Of a stretch of DNA of 64,000 nt, positions 29,861 to 41,863 are shown piece after piece. This stretch comes from Chitinophagaceae bacterium (GTDB lineage: Bacteria; Bacteroidota; Bacteroidia; Chitinophagales; Chitinophagaceae): positions 4,141 through 68,140 of the forward strand of contig JAIYAN010000013.1 in the NCBI GenBank assembly GCA_027489035.1, given 5' to 3'. A model generated the notes under the pieces. That model was given only the letters and a program-made list of their open reading frames with translations. It did no database searches and was not told the DNA's origin. The first letter of the stretch is position 1, and every line of letters begins with the position of its first letter. A program made the position numbers and the translations under genes.

Positions 29861-31690
29861 TTATTGAGTTCTACGAATTCTGAAGGTACATGATGTATTG
29901 TAAATTGTACTTGTTGGCGCACTACCAACTAAAGCTCCTGAAAAGTTTCCAGCAATGAACTGGCCAACAGTTCCGTATTCTGTAATTTGAACATTGATAG
30001 GTGAAGTTAAAGAAGTTGAATCATTTCCAACATGAGAAGTAAATAAACTTAATAACTGTTGTGTGCTTCCTGCAGCAATATTGGCTTGTGAAATTTGAAA
30101 TGAAATTTGATTATAAACCGTAGTTCCGCCTGATTGAGTTATGCGCATTCCGCCCAAATAGATAGAAAGAGGGTTTGATTGTTGATTAAGCCAGAAATTA
30201 AATGAATCTACCGGTGATGTATAGTTGTAGTCAGTACCATTAATATTTAAATTAATGAATTGCTCAGTTGTAGTTCCACATGCTTGTAAATTTGGAACGG
30301 TGTTATTTCCAGTATTTAATGTGTAGCTAAATGGTGTACTTTGCTGATTGCTTGAATTGTCTTCAGCAATAAATGATACGCTCTCTGAATTCCCATTGCA
30401 TAAAAGATTTGTAAAATTGAAAGTTCCTGTTGAACTCAGGTTGTATCTATAGTATTGACTGTTTTTAAGCATGATGATATAACCATTCGAAACTGCCGCA
30501 TTGTTACAATCTGTTACTGTACCCGAAACATTAGCTGTATGTGCTATAGTATTTGGAATGGTAAGATTACCTAAAGAGACATTGGAACTAGTTGTGCTGA
30601 ACGTTTGTGTAAACGCTGCAGTACCACATTCATATTGTGTATATACATCTAGTTTCAAAGAGGCATTGTTTGGAACAGCACCTGCAACAAATCCACTAGA
30701 ATCGGTTAATCCATATCTATAACTTTGTGGATTGTTTACATTGGTTATTTTTACTAAAGTAAATGGAATTGGCTGGCCATTTTCATTTAATAAAGTACAA
30801 TTGAATTGAACAAAATTGCTTGGTACATCACAATTCCAAAATGAAAAATGTGCAACATCTCCAACATAATTGTTGCCTACTTTAGTTGCTGATCCTTCTT
30901 CTTTCCACAAACCATTTGATTCATCAAAATACCATAATGGAATTGATGCTGGTGCAGTGGTGCTTAAAGAACTTGGTATTGGAAATGTTAGGGTTGCTTT
31001 CTTACCTGAAGCAATTTGTAAAGCTTGACCTTGGTCTCCCTTTAATTCAACAGCCACCATCCCAAAAGATTGTAACACACTCATTGAACCATTTTGGTTT
31101 ATACCCCTTAAATCTCCTGGCATAATTGAATTGATATCAGATGCCGTTGGATCGATGTATGAAGCTGAAACGTATACGGTTCCTGAATAAGGATTACTAT
31201 TTGAAGAAAGCAAATCTTGAATTCCATTTATAGGAAAATCAATTTTCATTCCATTTGATAAGGTTATTGTTCCACCATTTAATCCATTGAAACTTCCGCT
31301 GTTTAATTTTGGAATTAATTTAATTCTAAAAAATGCAGATTTGTTTTCAGTGGCGATGTAGGTTTTGATACCAGGAAAATACCCTGATTTGTTTACGGTA
31401 ACAACCGCTGCTGTTTTAACAACATTTACATTATTAACTGAAAAGTAACCGTAATCATCAGTTGTAGTAGTTTTGTCATAAATAACTACTGAAGCACCTG
31501 CAACAGCTTCATTGTTTTCATCAACAACAAAACCAGATACAGATGAATTTATTTTGGTCGTTAAATTCGGAATTTGGTTGATGTTATCAACTAGAGTTTC
31601 GTCTAAATCTTTTTGACAAGACCATAATGCAGTAGCTGCCAATAAAAGAATCAGCAAACTTTTGAAAGAAGAAGCAATAAAATTTTTCAT
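29861..31690 (-). CDS. Surface lipoprotein with carboxypeptidase-regulatory-like beta-sandwich domains
   Basis: Lipobox LWSC; VSGFVVDENNEAVAGASV; PGDLRG...SFGMVAVEL...IPLWYFDESNGLWKEEG...HFSFWNCD. Confidence 0.75.
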   Translation of the reverse strand: MKNFIASSFKSLLILLLAATALWSCQKDLDETLVDNINQIPNLTTKINSSVSGFVVDENNEAVAGASVVIYDKTTTTDDYGYFSVNNVNVVKTAAVVTVNKSGYFPGIKTYIATENKSAFFRIKLIPKLNSGSFNGLNGGTITLSNGMKIDFPINGIQDLLSSNSNPYSGTVYVSASYIDPTASDINSIMPGDLRGINQNGSMSVLQSFGMVAVELKGDQGQALQIASGKKATLTFPIPSSLSTTAPASIPLWYFDESNGLWKEEGSATKVGNNYVGDVAHFSFWNCDVPSNFVQFNCTLLNENGQPIPFTLVKITNVNNPQSYRYGLTDSSGFVAGAVPNNASLKLDVYTQYECGTAAFTQTFSTTSSNVSLGNLTIPNTIAHTANVSGTVTDCNNAAVSNGYIIMLKNSQYYRYNLSSTGTFNFTNLLCNGNSESVSFIAEDNSSNQQSTPFSYTLNTGNNTVPNLQACGTTTEQFINLNINGTDYNYTSPVDSFNFWLNQQSNPLSIYLGGMRITQSGGTTVYNQISFQISQANIAAGSTQQLLSLFTSHVGNDSTSLTSPINVQITEYGTVGQFIAGNFSGALVGSAPTSTIYNTSCTFRIRRTQ

Positions 31691-31751
31691 TTTTTAGTAT
31701 TTAAAAATTAGGAATTAAAGTTAAGACGCAATGTTTGTATTTTTTGTTGCC

Positions 31752-33233
31752 TTATTTATTTTTATTTTTAAGATTCATTCTTAAGCCTAAACGCAAACCT
31801 GTAGTAGTAAAGCGTTGTTTGAAATGGGTGGTTTCTTTATTCATCAAAGAAAAATTGTACCTAAAATAGGGTTCTGTAAATACGCTAAACTTATTGTTAA
31901 TTGGGTGCACAATAGACATTGATCCGATAAAGCCTAATCCAATATTGGTTTTAAGTTGATATGCTTTTGAAAGCGATGAAGCATTCATTGCAATGGGTTG
32001 CAAATCGCTGTTTAAAACATCACCCTTATAAAAGCTAACTATATTCATTATAACGCCTGCATTAACAATAAAATCCCAGTTGTTTTGTTTCCAGCCATAT
32101 CCAATTGTAATGGGTAGATCAATGGTTCTGTATTTATTATAGGTGGTTTTGTATCGGGTACTTTCTGTTTGATAAATGTCAATAGTATCGCCTGATGCAT
32201 TGGTAACGTAAATGATTTGAATGATGTTTCCTTTTGAAAACTTAAACTGTTCATTAATTTGACTGTAATTCAATCCAGCACTAAAGTTGAATTGTTTACC
32301 AAATTCCTTTACATATCTAAATCCTGCACTAAAAGACAGTTGAGATGTAGTAACCTCGTTTCTATTTTTTAAATAAATCGAATTGGCAGAATCTGAAAAC
32401 TGTCGATTAATAAAATCTACACTGCTATAAAAGTCTACATAACTTTTGTTTTCTTTATTATTAAAATCCGGACAAGGGATGGTTAATTTAGATAAAGATT
32501 TCGCATTTAATTTTAAAGATTTCAAATTTGAATGCTTTAAAAGTTCGACTTGAAAATCAAGATTCTTTTTTAAGTAAACATCGCTCTCATCAGGCATTTC
32601 GTCTATTTCAGCAGATTGAATATGAATGTTTTTGTGCGCGTTTAAATTTTTGTGTTTGTTTTTTTTATTGTTTATTGAAACTAGATCCTCGCTATTATCT
32701 ATTGAAGGAATTAAGTTATTTTTTGCTTGTTTATTTCCTTTTTTATTAAAAGAAAAATCCGAATTAGCATCTATTGCATTTGAAGAACCAGCTACTTTTT
32801 TATTGACATTCGAATTGTTGTTTGTAGATGTTATTTGAACAGTTTTTTTGGAAACATCATTATTTGATTTTAATTCAGTGAGGTTATTTTCAACAGCAAC
32901 ATCAATATTTTTAGAATCAACAGGTTGAATGTTTGGTGATGCATTTTGGGATTGGATTGTACTTACAACAATTTCATTATTTGAATGATTTTCCTTTGAA
33001 CTTGAATTAAGATCAGCATTGTTTTTAGAAAAAATAGTATACCCTATAAATATAGAAAGCGCAACAATTCCAATTAGAATAAAATTTCTATTGCTGCTAT
33101 TAAAAAACCAAAAACCAAAACGTTTTTTATTTTCTTTTTTGGCTGATATTTTATTCCAAACATCATCAGATACTTCACCATCTATGTGAAGCATTTGCTG
33201 TTTGATTAAGTCGTCGAATAATTTATTTTTCAT
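31752..33233 (-). CDS. Anti-sigma-like N-terminus fused to an outer-membrane beta-barrel
   Basis: DDLIKQQM..DDVWNKI anti-sigma-like N-terminus, one TM segment, Asn/Ser-rich linker, C-terminal alternating beta strands (YRTIDLPITIGY, EPYFRY). Confidence 0.7.
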   Translation of the reverse strand: MKNKLFDDLIKQQMLHIDGEVSDDVWNKISAKKENKKRFGFWFFNSSNRNFILIGIVALSIFIGYTIFSKNNADLNSSSKENHSNNEIVVSTIQSQNASPNIQPVDSKNIDVAVENNLTELKSNNDVSKKTVQITSTNNNSNVNKKVAGSSNAIDANSDFSFNKKGNKQAKNNLIPSIDNSEDLVSINNKKNKHKNLNAHKNIHIQSAEIDEMPDESDVYLKKNLDFQVELLKHSNLKSLKLNAKSLSKLTIPCPDFNNKENKSYVDFYSSVDFINRQFSDSANSIYLKNRNEVTTSQLSFSAGFRYVKEFGKQFNFSAGLNYSQINEQFKFSKGNIIQIIYVTNASGDTIDIYQTESTRYKTTYNKYRTIDLPITIGYGWKQNNWDFIVNAGVIMNIVSFYKGDVLNSDLQPIAMNASSLSKAYQLKTNIGLGFIGSMSIVHPINNKFSVFTEPYFRYNFSLMNKETTHFKQRFTTTGLRLGLRMNLKNKNK

Positions 33234-33340
33234 GTGTTATGTTTAAGTCAAAATGAAAAATTCAAAAATTGATGATTCCCCTTTTTTAAATTTTTACTTT
33301 TTACTTTCTTTTATTCTGCTTCGAAATTCATTTAGTTATT

Positions 33341-33889
33341 TTATCTTATCACTTCTTTATTCATTTCCAATATTTGTTTTTGCAGCATATTTCGCGCTTT
33401 TGCAAGTTGACTTCTGCTGGTGCCAGAATTTATCTTCAATAATTCGGCGATTTCATCGTGTTTGTATCCTTCAATTACGTATAAATTAAAAATCAATCTA
33501 TATCCATCTGGCAAATTATTTATTAGGGCAAGAATTTCTTTTTCGCCTAAAGCGCTTAATGAATCCTCCTCATAAAAATAATTTTCTTCATAATTGGCCT
33601 CGTAGTTAAATGATTTCTCGTAAGTGAAGCGAATCAAACTATATTTTTTCAACGCTACATTAACCACAATTTTTCTAATCCAACCTTCAAAAGAACCTTC
33701 ATGTTTAAACTGATGAATTTTTTCAAACACTTTACAAAACGCTTCAATTAATATTTCTTCGGCATCCACTTCATTACGGGCATAGCGAAGACATACGCCC
33801 ATCATTCGTTTGGAGTAAAGGTCAAAAACCGATTTTTGAGCAACATGTTCCTGACGGACGCAACCTTTTATCAATTGTTGTTCTGTCAA
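33341..33889 (-). CDS. ECF RNA polymerase sigma-70 factor
   Basis: MMGVCLRYA, GSFEGWIRKIVVN, LPDGYRLIFNLYVIEGYKHDEIA, TSRSQL. Confidence 0.95.
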   Translation of the reverse strand: MTEQQLIKGCVRQEHVAQKSVFDLYSKRMMGVCLRYARNEVDAEEILIEAFCKVFEKIHQFKHEGSFEGWIRKIVVNVALKKYSLIRFTYEKSFNYEANYEENYFYEEDSLSALGEKEILALINNLPDGYRLIFNLYVIEGYKHDEIAELLKINSGTSRSQLAKARNMLQKQILEMNKEVIR

Positions 33890-34060
33890 TTTTTAACGTA
33901 GTTAAGTGATTTTAAAGAGAGATACGTGTAGAATAGATTTCGTTGCCTATTCTAAAAATTACATTCTGAAAAGTACGAAATAGAAGGAATAGATAAAAAT
34001 AAAATCGGAGGTAAAGAATTATAAACCGTTTAAACGGTTGTGAAAAAGTTTTGTTTTCAT

Positions 34061-34084
34061 AGCCCACGGTTTTAACCGTGGGTT
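34061..34084 (+). repeat. REP-like palindrome
   Basis: AGCCCACGGTTTTAACCGTGGGTT, with related AACCGTTTAAACGGTT (34024) and AATGGTTTCAACCATT (34107). Confidence 0.75.
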
Positions 34085-34250
34085 ATAGAATAGGTTGAAA
34101 ATTTGTAATGGTTTCAACCATTTATTTTTTCGGAATAGAAAGAATAGATTAAAATAAAATCGGGTAAAAAAAATCCATGTTAAGTTAACCATTGATTGGC
34201 TTCTTAACATGGAAAATATATTAACGAGAATGCTAAATACAAAAATTTGC

Positions 34251-35918
34251 TTACCCATTCATCGAAGTCAAGAACTCTGCATTGTCTTTTGTTCCTTTCA
34301 TATTTTTCAACAACATATTGATGGCTTCTTCAGGATTCATATCGGCCATATGTTTGCGCAAAATCCACATACGTTTGAATGTATCTTTATCAAGCAATAA
34401 ATCATCACGTCTTGTAGAAGATGAAACGATATCGATAGCTGGGAAAATTCTTCTGTTGGATAATTTTCTTTCGAGTTGAAGCTCCATGTTACCGGTACCT
34501 TTAAACTCTTCAAAAATCACTTCATCCATTTTACTTCCTGTATCAACTAATGCGGTTGCGATGATGGTAAGAGATCCGCCATTTTCAATTTTTCTAGCCG
34601 CACCAAAGAATTGTTTTGGTTTTTGCATGGCATTGGCTTCTACCCCACCCGATAAAACCTTTCCGCTAGAAGGTGCTACTGTATTATGTGCACGAGCCAA
34701 ACGGGTAATTGAATCTAAAAGAATAACTACATCGTGTCCACATTCTACCAAGCGTTTTGCTTTTTGTAAAGCGATGGTAGAAACCTTAACGTGTTTCTCT
34801 GCTGGCTCATCAAAAGTAGAGGCGATAACTTCTGCTTTTACGCTTCTTTCCATATCTGTAACTTCCTCTGGTCTTTCATCTACAAGTACAATCATCAAAT
34901 AACATTCTGGATGATTTTCTGCAATTGCGTTTGCCAATTCTTTGAGTAACATGGTTTTACCTGTTTTAGGTTGCGCAACAATAAGTCCTCGCTGACCTTT
35001 ACCAATTGGTGTAAACAGGTCCATGATTCTGGTGCTATAATTATCTGCTGTAGTAGTAAGGTTTAATCTTTCGTAAGGGAATAACGGTGTTAGATAATCG
35101 AAGGGAACGCGGTCGCGAACATCTTCAGGACTTTTACCGTTAATGGTTTCTACTTTTAAAAGAGCGAAATATTTTTCACCTTCTTTTGGAGGACGCACAG
35201 AACCGTAAACCGTGTCTCCTGTTTTTAAACCAAAAAGTTTTATTTGAGATGGTGAAACATAAATATCATCTGGACTAGACAAATAATTATAATCGCTGCT
35301 TCTTAAAAAACCATATCCATCAGGCATCATTTCAAGCACGCCTTCACCCAATACAATACCATCGAATTCGATATTAAAAACGGGTGGTGTATATTTTTGT
35401 TGTTGATATTTTTGATGGGGTTGTTTAGGATTTTGTTGTTCGATATTTATTTCAGGTTGTTGAATATCTTCTTCCTGAAGCATTTGAGCAATAGCCGCTG
35501 GAACGGTAGTTTGTTCGCTGGTGATGGGTTGTAAATCTGATTCAACATCATTAGTTATTACAGGTTCAACCTTTGGTTTTTTAGCAATTACTTTTTTTGG
35601 TTTCGCAGCTGTGGCAGGAACAGCAACAGGCTTTTCTACTTTAGGTTCTTCTTGATTGATTACGGGTTCTTCGGTAAACAATGCAGAGGTATTAGAAGGT
35701 GCTCCTTTTTTAACGGGTTCTTTTACGATTCTTTTTCTTTTAGGTTTGTCTGCTCCGTCGGCATCATTTTTTACTTCTTGCGAACCTGCTTGTTTTTCCA
35801 TAATTGCAGCTATTAAATCTGTTCTTGATAAATCTTTTGAATTTGAGATGTTGAATTGATCAGCGATATCGTTCAATTCTAAAACGAGCATGTCGTTTAG
35901 CTGTGATAAATTATACAT
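34251..35918 (-). CDS. rho: Transcription termination factor Rho with a long N-terminal insertion
   Basis: [55 protein letters not shown]. Confidence 0.99.
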   Translation of the reverse strand: MYNLSQLNDMLVLELNDIADQFNISNSKDLSRTDLIAAIMEKQAGSQEVKNDADGADKPKRKRIVKEPVKKGAPSNTSALFTEEPVINQEEPKVEKPVAVPATAAKPKKVIAKKPKVEPVITNDVESDLQPITSEQTTVPAAIAQMLQEEDIQQPEINIEQQNPKQPHQKYQQQKYTPPVFNIEFDGIVLGEGVLEMMPDGYGFLRSSDYNYLSSPDDIYVSPSQIKLFGLKTGDTVYGSVRPPKEGEKYFALLKVETINGKSPEDVRDRVPFDYLTPLFPYERLNLTTTADNYSTRIMDLFTPIGKGQRGLIVAQPKTGKTMLLKELANAIAENHPECYLMIVLVDERPEEVTDMERSVKAEVIASTFDEPAEKHVKVSTIALQKAKRLVECGHDVVILLDSITRLARAHNTVAPSSGKVLSGGVEANAMQKPKQFFGAARKIENGGSLTIIATALVDTGSKMDEVIFEEFKGTGNMELQLERKLSNRRIFPAIDIVSSSTRRDDLLLDKDTFKRMWILRKHMADMNPEEAINMLLKNMKGTKDNAEFLTSMNG

Positions 35919-36184
35919 AATAAGTTGAAAATGCGTTGTTCAAATGTTGTACGCTTAAAATAAAGATGTGGTTGAAAATTTGTTGATGAAGGAAAAGGTT
36001 TTCAATGAAGCGATTAGATTGGGATTAATCTTATCAACCATTTCCGACACAATATTAAGTAGATTTTGTTTAATAAAAGAACTTTTTTTTGATTTTTTGT
36101 TCATTATCGCATAAAAAAATTGGCTCAGCTTTGAAATGGTCGATTTAAAAAGAAATAGGTCATGGAGGAAAGGTGCTGGAAAGT

Positions 36185-36366
36185 AGTTTCACGCAAAGCT
36201 CGCAAAGGTAGAATGTTTACAACCTATTGAACCTCTTGAAAAAATTAACCCACCGTTGAAACGGTGGGCTAACAAATGAAAATCATATTTTTAAAAATCG
36301 AATCCTGATCATGAAACAAAATTCCAACGTCTTAAACCTCACAAACCTCTTAAACGTCTTGAACCT
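36185..36366. repeat. Repeat mosaic between rho and katG including a REP-like palindrome
   Basis: cacgcaaagctcgcaaagg, 9-mer aacctattgaacctcttga, AACCCACCGTTGAAACGGTGGGCT (36247-36270), aaacctcacaaacctcttaaacgtcttgaacc. Confidence 0.8.
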
Positions 36367-38589
<2,223 letters not shown>

Positions 38590-38931
38590 TTAGTTAAGTT
38601 TTTCGTGTGATAAAGTAAAACTGATGAATATTAGTTGGGTTGTTTATTAATCGTAAAATATAGGGAGCGGAGGGTTAAACAAATTGGGGAGAAAGGATTT
38701 TGAACTGAAAAAAATTATGGTTAGGGTAAATAAAAATAAGTGAGAAAAGAGGTGGTTGAGGTAGGTGGGAATTAATTTTAAAAAAATAAAATAGTCAAAA
38801 AAGTTCGGTTTTAATCAGAACTTAATTAAATTTAAAAAGGGATTAAATGGGATTGATAGGAAAGAAACAACCTTTAAAAACAATAAAACGACCATTGAAA
38901 AATGGTTGCGTAAAAATGGATACATAGATTA

Positions 38932-39480
38932 ATGAAAACACATTTTGATATAGAAAAAATTGTAGAAATGGGCATAATCACCAGTGAATTGGATTATGAA
39001 AGGGCGTTAATTGCGGATAGAAAACTAAGGCTACTTGGGAAGGAAGATGTACATTTTAAACATCTAAGAAAAAAGTTGCGCAACATCATTGAAAAGTATG
39101 AAAATAAGGAATGGAGTGTAGTTGAAAGCATTGATGATAATAAACTTTTAGAAAGCGAGAAAGCGGAAAAGTTTGCAGAATTAGAAAGACAATTTTTAGA
39201 AACCAGAAAAATAGAAATCAGAAAAAAACTAAAAGTGCTTGAACTCACTCAAGAAAATCTGGCTTCAATATTAGGTCATAAAAGCAAGACGCACATGTCG
39301 GAATTGATGAATGGGATCAAGCCATTTACGCTAAGGGATATAATTATTATACATCAACTATTAAAAATAGAAATATCAACATTGATACCTGTGTTTCTTT
39401 CAAAAGAGGAACAAAACAAAATAAACAGAGCGGTTGAGAAATTAGATATATCGAAAGGTGTGAGGATTGGGTATTTGTGA
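38932..39480 (+). CDS. XRE-family HTH protein, HigA-like antitoxin
   Basis: SELDYERALIADRKLR; LTQENLASILGHKSKTHMSELMNG HTH. Confidence 0.75.
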   Translation: MKTHFDIEKIVEMGIITSELDYERALIADRKLRLLGKEDVHFKHLRKKLRNIIEKYENKEWSVVESIDDNKLLESEKAEKFAELERQFLETRKIEIRKKLKVLELTQENLASILGHKSKTHMSELMNGIKPFTLRDIIIIHQLLKIEISTLIPVFLSKEEQNKINRAVEKLDISKGVRIGYL

Positions 39481-39645
39481 TGGAATTGGAATGATTTTAA
39501 GTTAGTTGATTCGAACACAAATAGTAGTAAATAAAAAATACCATAATTTTTAAATATTACAGGAAAAGATATATTTTTGAAGAGGGTGTGTGAGATATAA
39601 ATCTGGCATAAGAGGATTATGGGCAAGTTTGATGACAGACAAAAT

Positions 39646-39707
39646 AGTTGAGACAAGAAAACAACTAAAAAAACAGGGAGCATTCAGAAAATCCAAAAGA
39701 GTAGGAA
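39646..39707 (+). ncRNA. Cassette-leader structured RNA, copy A
   Basis: AGUUG/CAACU hairpin; GGA..UUCA-GAAAA-UCC..G-AGUA-GGAA; 20 nt before ATG 39728. Confidence 0.7.
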
Positions 39708-39727
39708 CAAATTTTTAAAAAAACAAA

Positions 39728-40234
39728 ATGAAAAATTTATTGATTTTAGCAACAATGTTGCTTTCGTTTGGAGCCGTAAATGCTCAAAATCATATTATGA
39801 CATATGATGGTTCATCGTCAGGGGGGAGCGGTTTATTTACAATTGTTGGTAATAACATAATGAGTTATGATGGATCATCTTCAGGGGGTAAAGGTATTTA
39901 CACGATTGTCGGTAATAATATTATGACATATGATGGTTCATCTTCTGGAGGGAGAGGTGTTGCAACTATTAATGGAAATAATATAATGACATATGATGGA
40001 AGTTCTTCAGGTGGAAAGGGAATTGCAACATTTGTAAATAATAATATTATGACTTACGATGGAAGTTCTTCAGGTGGAAAAGGTATAGCCACAAAAGTAA
40101 ATAGCAATTTAATGACTTATGATGGTTCGTCATCTGGCGGAAGGAGAATTTTAACCTTTAAAGATCCATATATGTCCAAGCCAACTTTTGCAGCAATATT
40201 ATTGGCAAAAGGGATTATTTGGAGTGGAAATTAA
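39728..40234 (+). CDS. Secreted tandem-repeat protein (6 x 21-aa IMTYDGSSSGG repeats)
   Basis: Signal peptide ending VNA-Q; repeat period 63 nt with synonymous variation. Confidence 0.85.
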   Translation: MKNLLILATMLLSFGAVNAQNHIMTYDGSSSGGSGLFTIVGNNIMSYDGSSSGGKGIYTIVGNNIMTYDGSSSGGRGVATINGNNIMTYDGSSSGGKGIATFVNNNIMTYDGSSSGGKGIATKVNSNLMTYDGSSSGGRRILTFKDPYMSKPTFAAILLAKGIIWSGN

Positions 40235-40375
40235 ACCAGCCAATAAAACGGGTTTGGCAAAAGTTGCGGTTTATTGCTCCGCAGACACATTTGTGGTTAA
40301 TCAAAGTTTGGTTCTACGCATCAACGTATGTGGTGAAAACCGCCAACTTCTTTTAGCAGCAAACCGTTAACATTC
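40235..40375 (+). mobile_element. attC-like imperfect palindrome 1
   Basis: Starts right after the stop (CAGCCAATAAAA); arms AAGTTGCGGTTT / AAACCGCCAACTT; ends CCGTTAACA. Confidence 0.65.
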
Positions 40376-40388
40376 ATTCATAAAAAAA

Positions 40389-40423
40389 CAGGAGGAAGCC
40401 GAAAATCCTTAATAAGAGTAGGC
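40389..40423 (+). ncRNA. Cassette-leader structured RNA, copy B (pseudoknot domain only)
   Basis: AGGA..GCC-GAAAA-UCCU..G-AGUA-GGC; 26 nt before ATG 40450. Confidence 0.7.
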
Positions 40424-40449
40424 GAAAATTTTAAAAATAAAACAGTATT

Positions 40450-40881
40450 ATGAAAGAAAGTTTTGAAAAACTGGCAGCTGCTATCATCTATTCAGATGGC
40501 GAGGTGGCTCCAAGCGAGTTAAGCCAACTCGAAAAACTGGCTACTGACATAGGTACTGACAAAGCAGCTATGGTAGCTTCCATTGAGGCAGAAATTGAAA
40601 AGCTGAAGCCTATGGATGAAGAAGAATTTCAGCAGTACATGAAAGATGCAGCTTCAGGCATTACAGAGCCTGAGCATCGCTACAAAGCCTTTGATGCGAT
40701 GTTGGAACTTACCTTGGCCGACAATTCTTTGGATGATTTAGAAACCAATGTATTGGGCAATATGTCACAATACTTGGAAATTCCCATTCATTATTTTGCC
40801 AATAATTTGGCTTTTCAAGTCAAGGCAAAAAATGTAGAAATCTTTGCACAAAAAAGTTGGCAAAAACCTGTAGAAATTTAA
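40450..40881 (+). CDS. TerB-like helical protein
   Basis: Two TerB-type half motifs: AIIYSDGEVAPSE and LTLADNSLDDLE. Confidence 0.7.
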   Translation: MKESFEKLAAAIIYSDGEVAPSELSQLEKLATDIGTDKAAMVASIEAEIEKLKPMDEEEFQQYMKDAASGITEPEHRYKAFDAMLELTLADNSLDDLETNVLGNMSQYLEIPIHYFANNLAFQVKAKNVEIFAQKSWQKPVEI

Positions 40882-40893
40882 AAACAAATAAAA

Positions 40894-40924
40894 ACGCGGA
40901 TACCGAAAAGCGAATAGAGTAGGC
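40894..40924 (+). ncRNA. Cassette-leader structured RNA, copy C (pseudoknot domain only)
   Basis: CGC..ACC-GAAAA-GCG..G-AGUA-GGC; 22 nt before ATG 40947. Confidence 0.7.
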
Positions 40925-40946
40925 GTAAAAACTTAAAATCATTAAA

Positions 40947-41150
40947 ATGTCTTTTACAAATATAAAGCTAAAAGGGGGCAAAGTTGGACAAGTATACCAA
41001 ACAATAAATTACTTTTCCGAATCAAAAAACTGCAAATGGTGTGGTAAGGAGATTAAACAACATAAGGCAGTTTTTGAAGCAGATGGTGATGGTTCGAAAC
41101 CATGTTGTGGCATGGCGCATGCGAAGGCATATATGAATGCAAAAATATAA
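40947..41150 (+). CDS. Small putative zinc-binding protein
   Basis: 67 aa; CKWC...CCGMAH ligand set. Confidence 0.6.
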   Translation: MSFTNIKLKGGKVGQVYQTINYFSESKNCKWCGKEIKQHKAVFEADGDGSKPCCGMAHAKAYMNAKI

Positions 41151-41227
41151 TTACAGTCAATTAAGTGCAGGGCGTATATCATAAAATTTATGCCTTGCAT
41201 TTATGTTCAATTAAACAGAGTTTAATA

Positions 41228-41752
41228 ATGACTAAACCAAAAATTAAGAACACGATTGTCGCAATTAGCGAAGGCTTGTTGGGTAAAGCTGTTTTTAACT
41301 CAAAAATCAATATTTCTGAGGCTTATTCAGAGTATATGCTTTATGAGCCTATCGTACTAATAGCAAACAGAAACTGGAATGTTCAAAGTGAAGTCCAACT
41401 GACTTCATTAAAAAGCAAGGGACGGGGCGACAATAAAAAAATTGATTTTGTTTTAACTGATTTGGAGAACAATGACCGTTCTATTGCTTTGGAGGTCAAA
41501 TACATAAAAGGGGTCAAATCAAAAATCAAAATTGATGCAGACATTGAAAAACTATCAGCCTTTAAAACTGAAAAGTCTTCAAAAGATACAAAAGCTTTTT
41601 TGATGATTTTATGGAAAGAACATTCAAATCGCGACAAACATCGAACCCGAATATCACAAATTGGTATAAAGAAGTATTTTGAATGTTCTTTTGAAACAAA
41701 TTTAAAGCAGAAATATGTAGTCACTGTGTTTGAAATATACACGAAACGCTAA
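41228..41752 (+). CDS. PD-(D/E)XK nuclease-fold protein
   Basis: VQSEV..L...KKIDFVL...IALEVK catalytic-motif spacing; ATG 41228 preferred over the upstream alternative start at 41165. Confidence 0.6.
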   Translation: MTKPKIKNTIVAISEGLLGKAVFNSKINISEAYSEYMLYEPIVLIANRNWNVQSEVQLTSLKSKGRGDNKKIDFVLTDLENNDRSIALEVKYIKGVKSKIKIDADIEKLSAFKTEKSSKDTKAFLMILWKEHSNRDKHRTRISQIGIKKYFECSFETNLKQKYVVTVFEIYTKR

Positions 41753-41816
41753 AAGCGTGTAATCGATATTGCCCCTCCCTTTGCGCCATCGCCTACACGC
41801 TAACCGTCATAAGCAA
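41745..41816 (+). mobile_element. attC-like palindrome 2 (short)
   Basis: CGCTAAAA overlaps the stop; GCGTGTA / TACACGC arms; ends CCGTCATAAGCAAT. Confidence 0.5.
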
Positions 41817-41863
41817 TTTTAGAACACCAAAAAACATATAATTAACAAAAGAAAAAGAAAAAT

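Noticed and set aside
39788-40150. CRISPR array (regular 63-bp repeats)
   Set aside because: The repeats are in-frame coding units with synonymous variation, have no unique spacers, and no cas genes are present.
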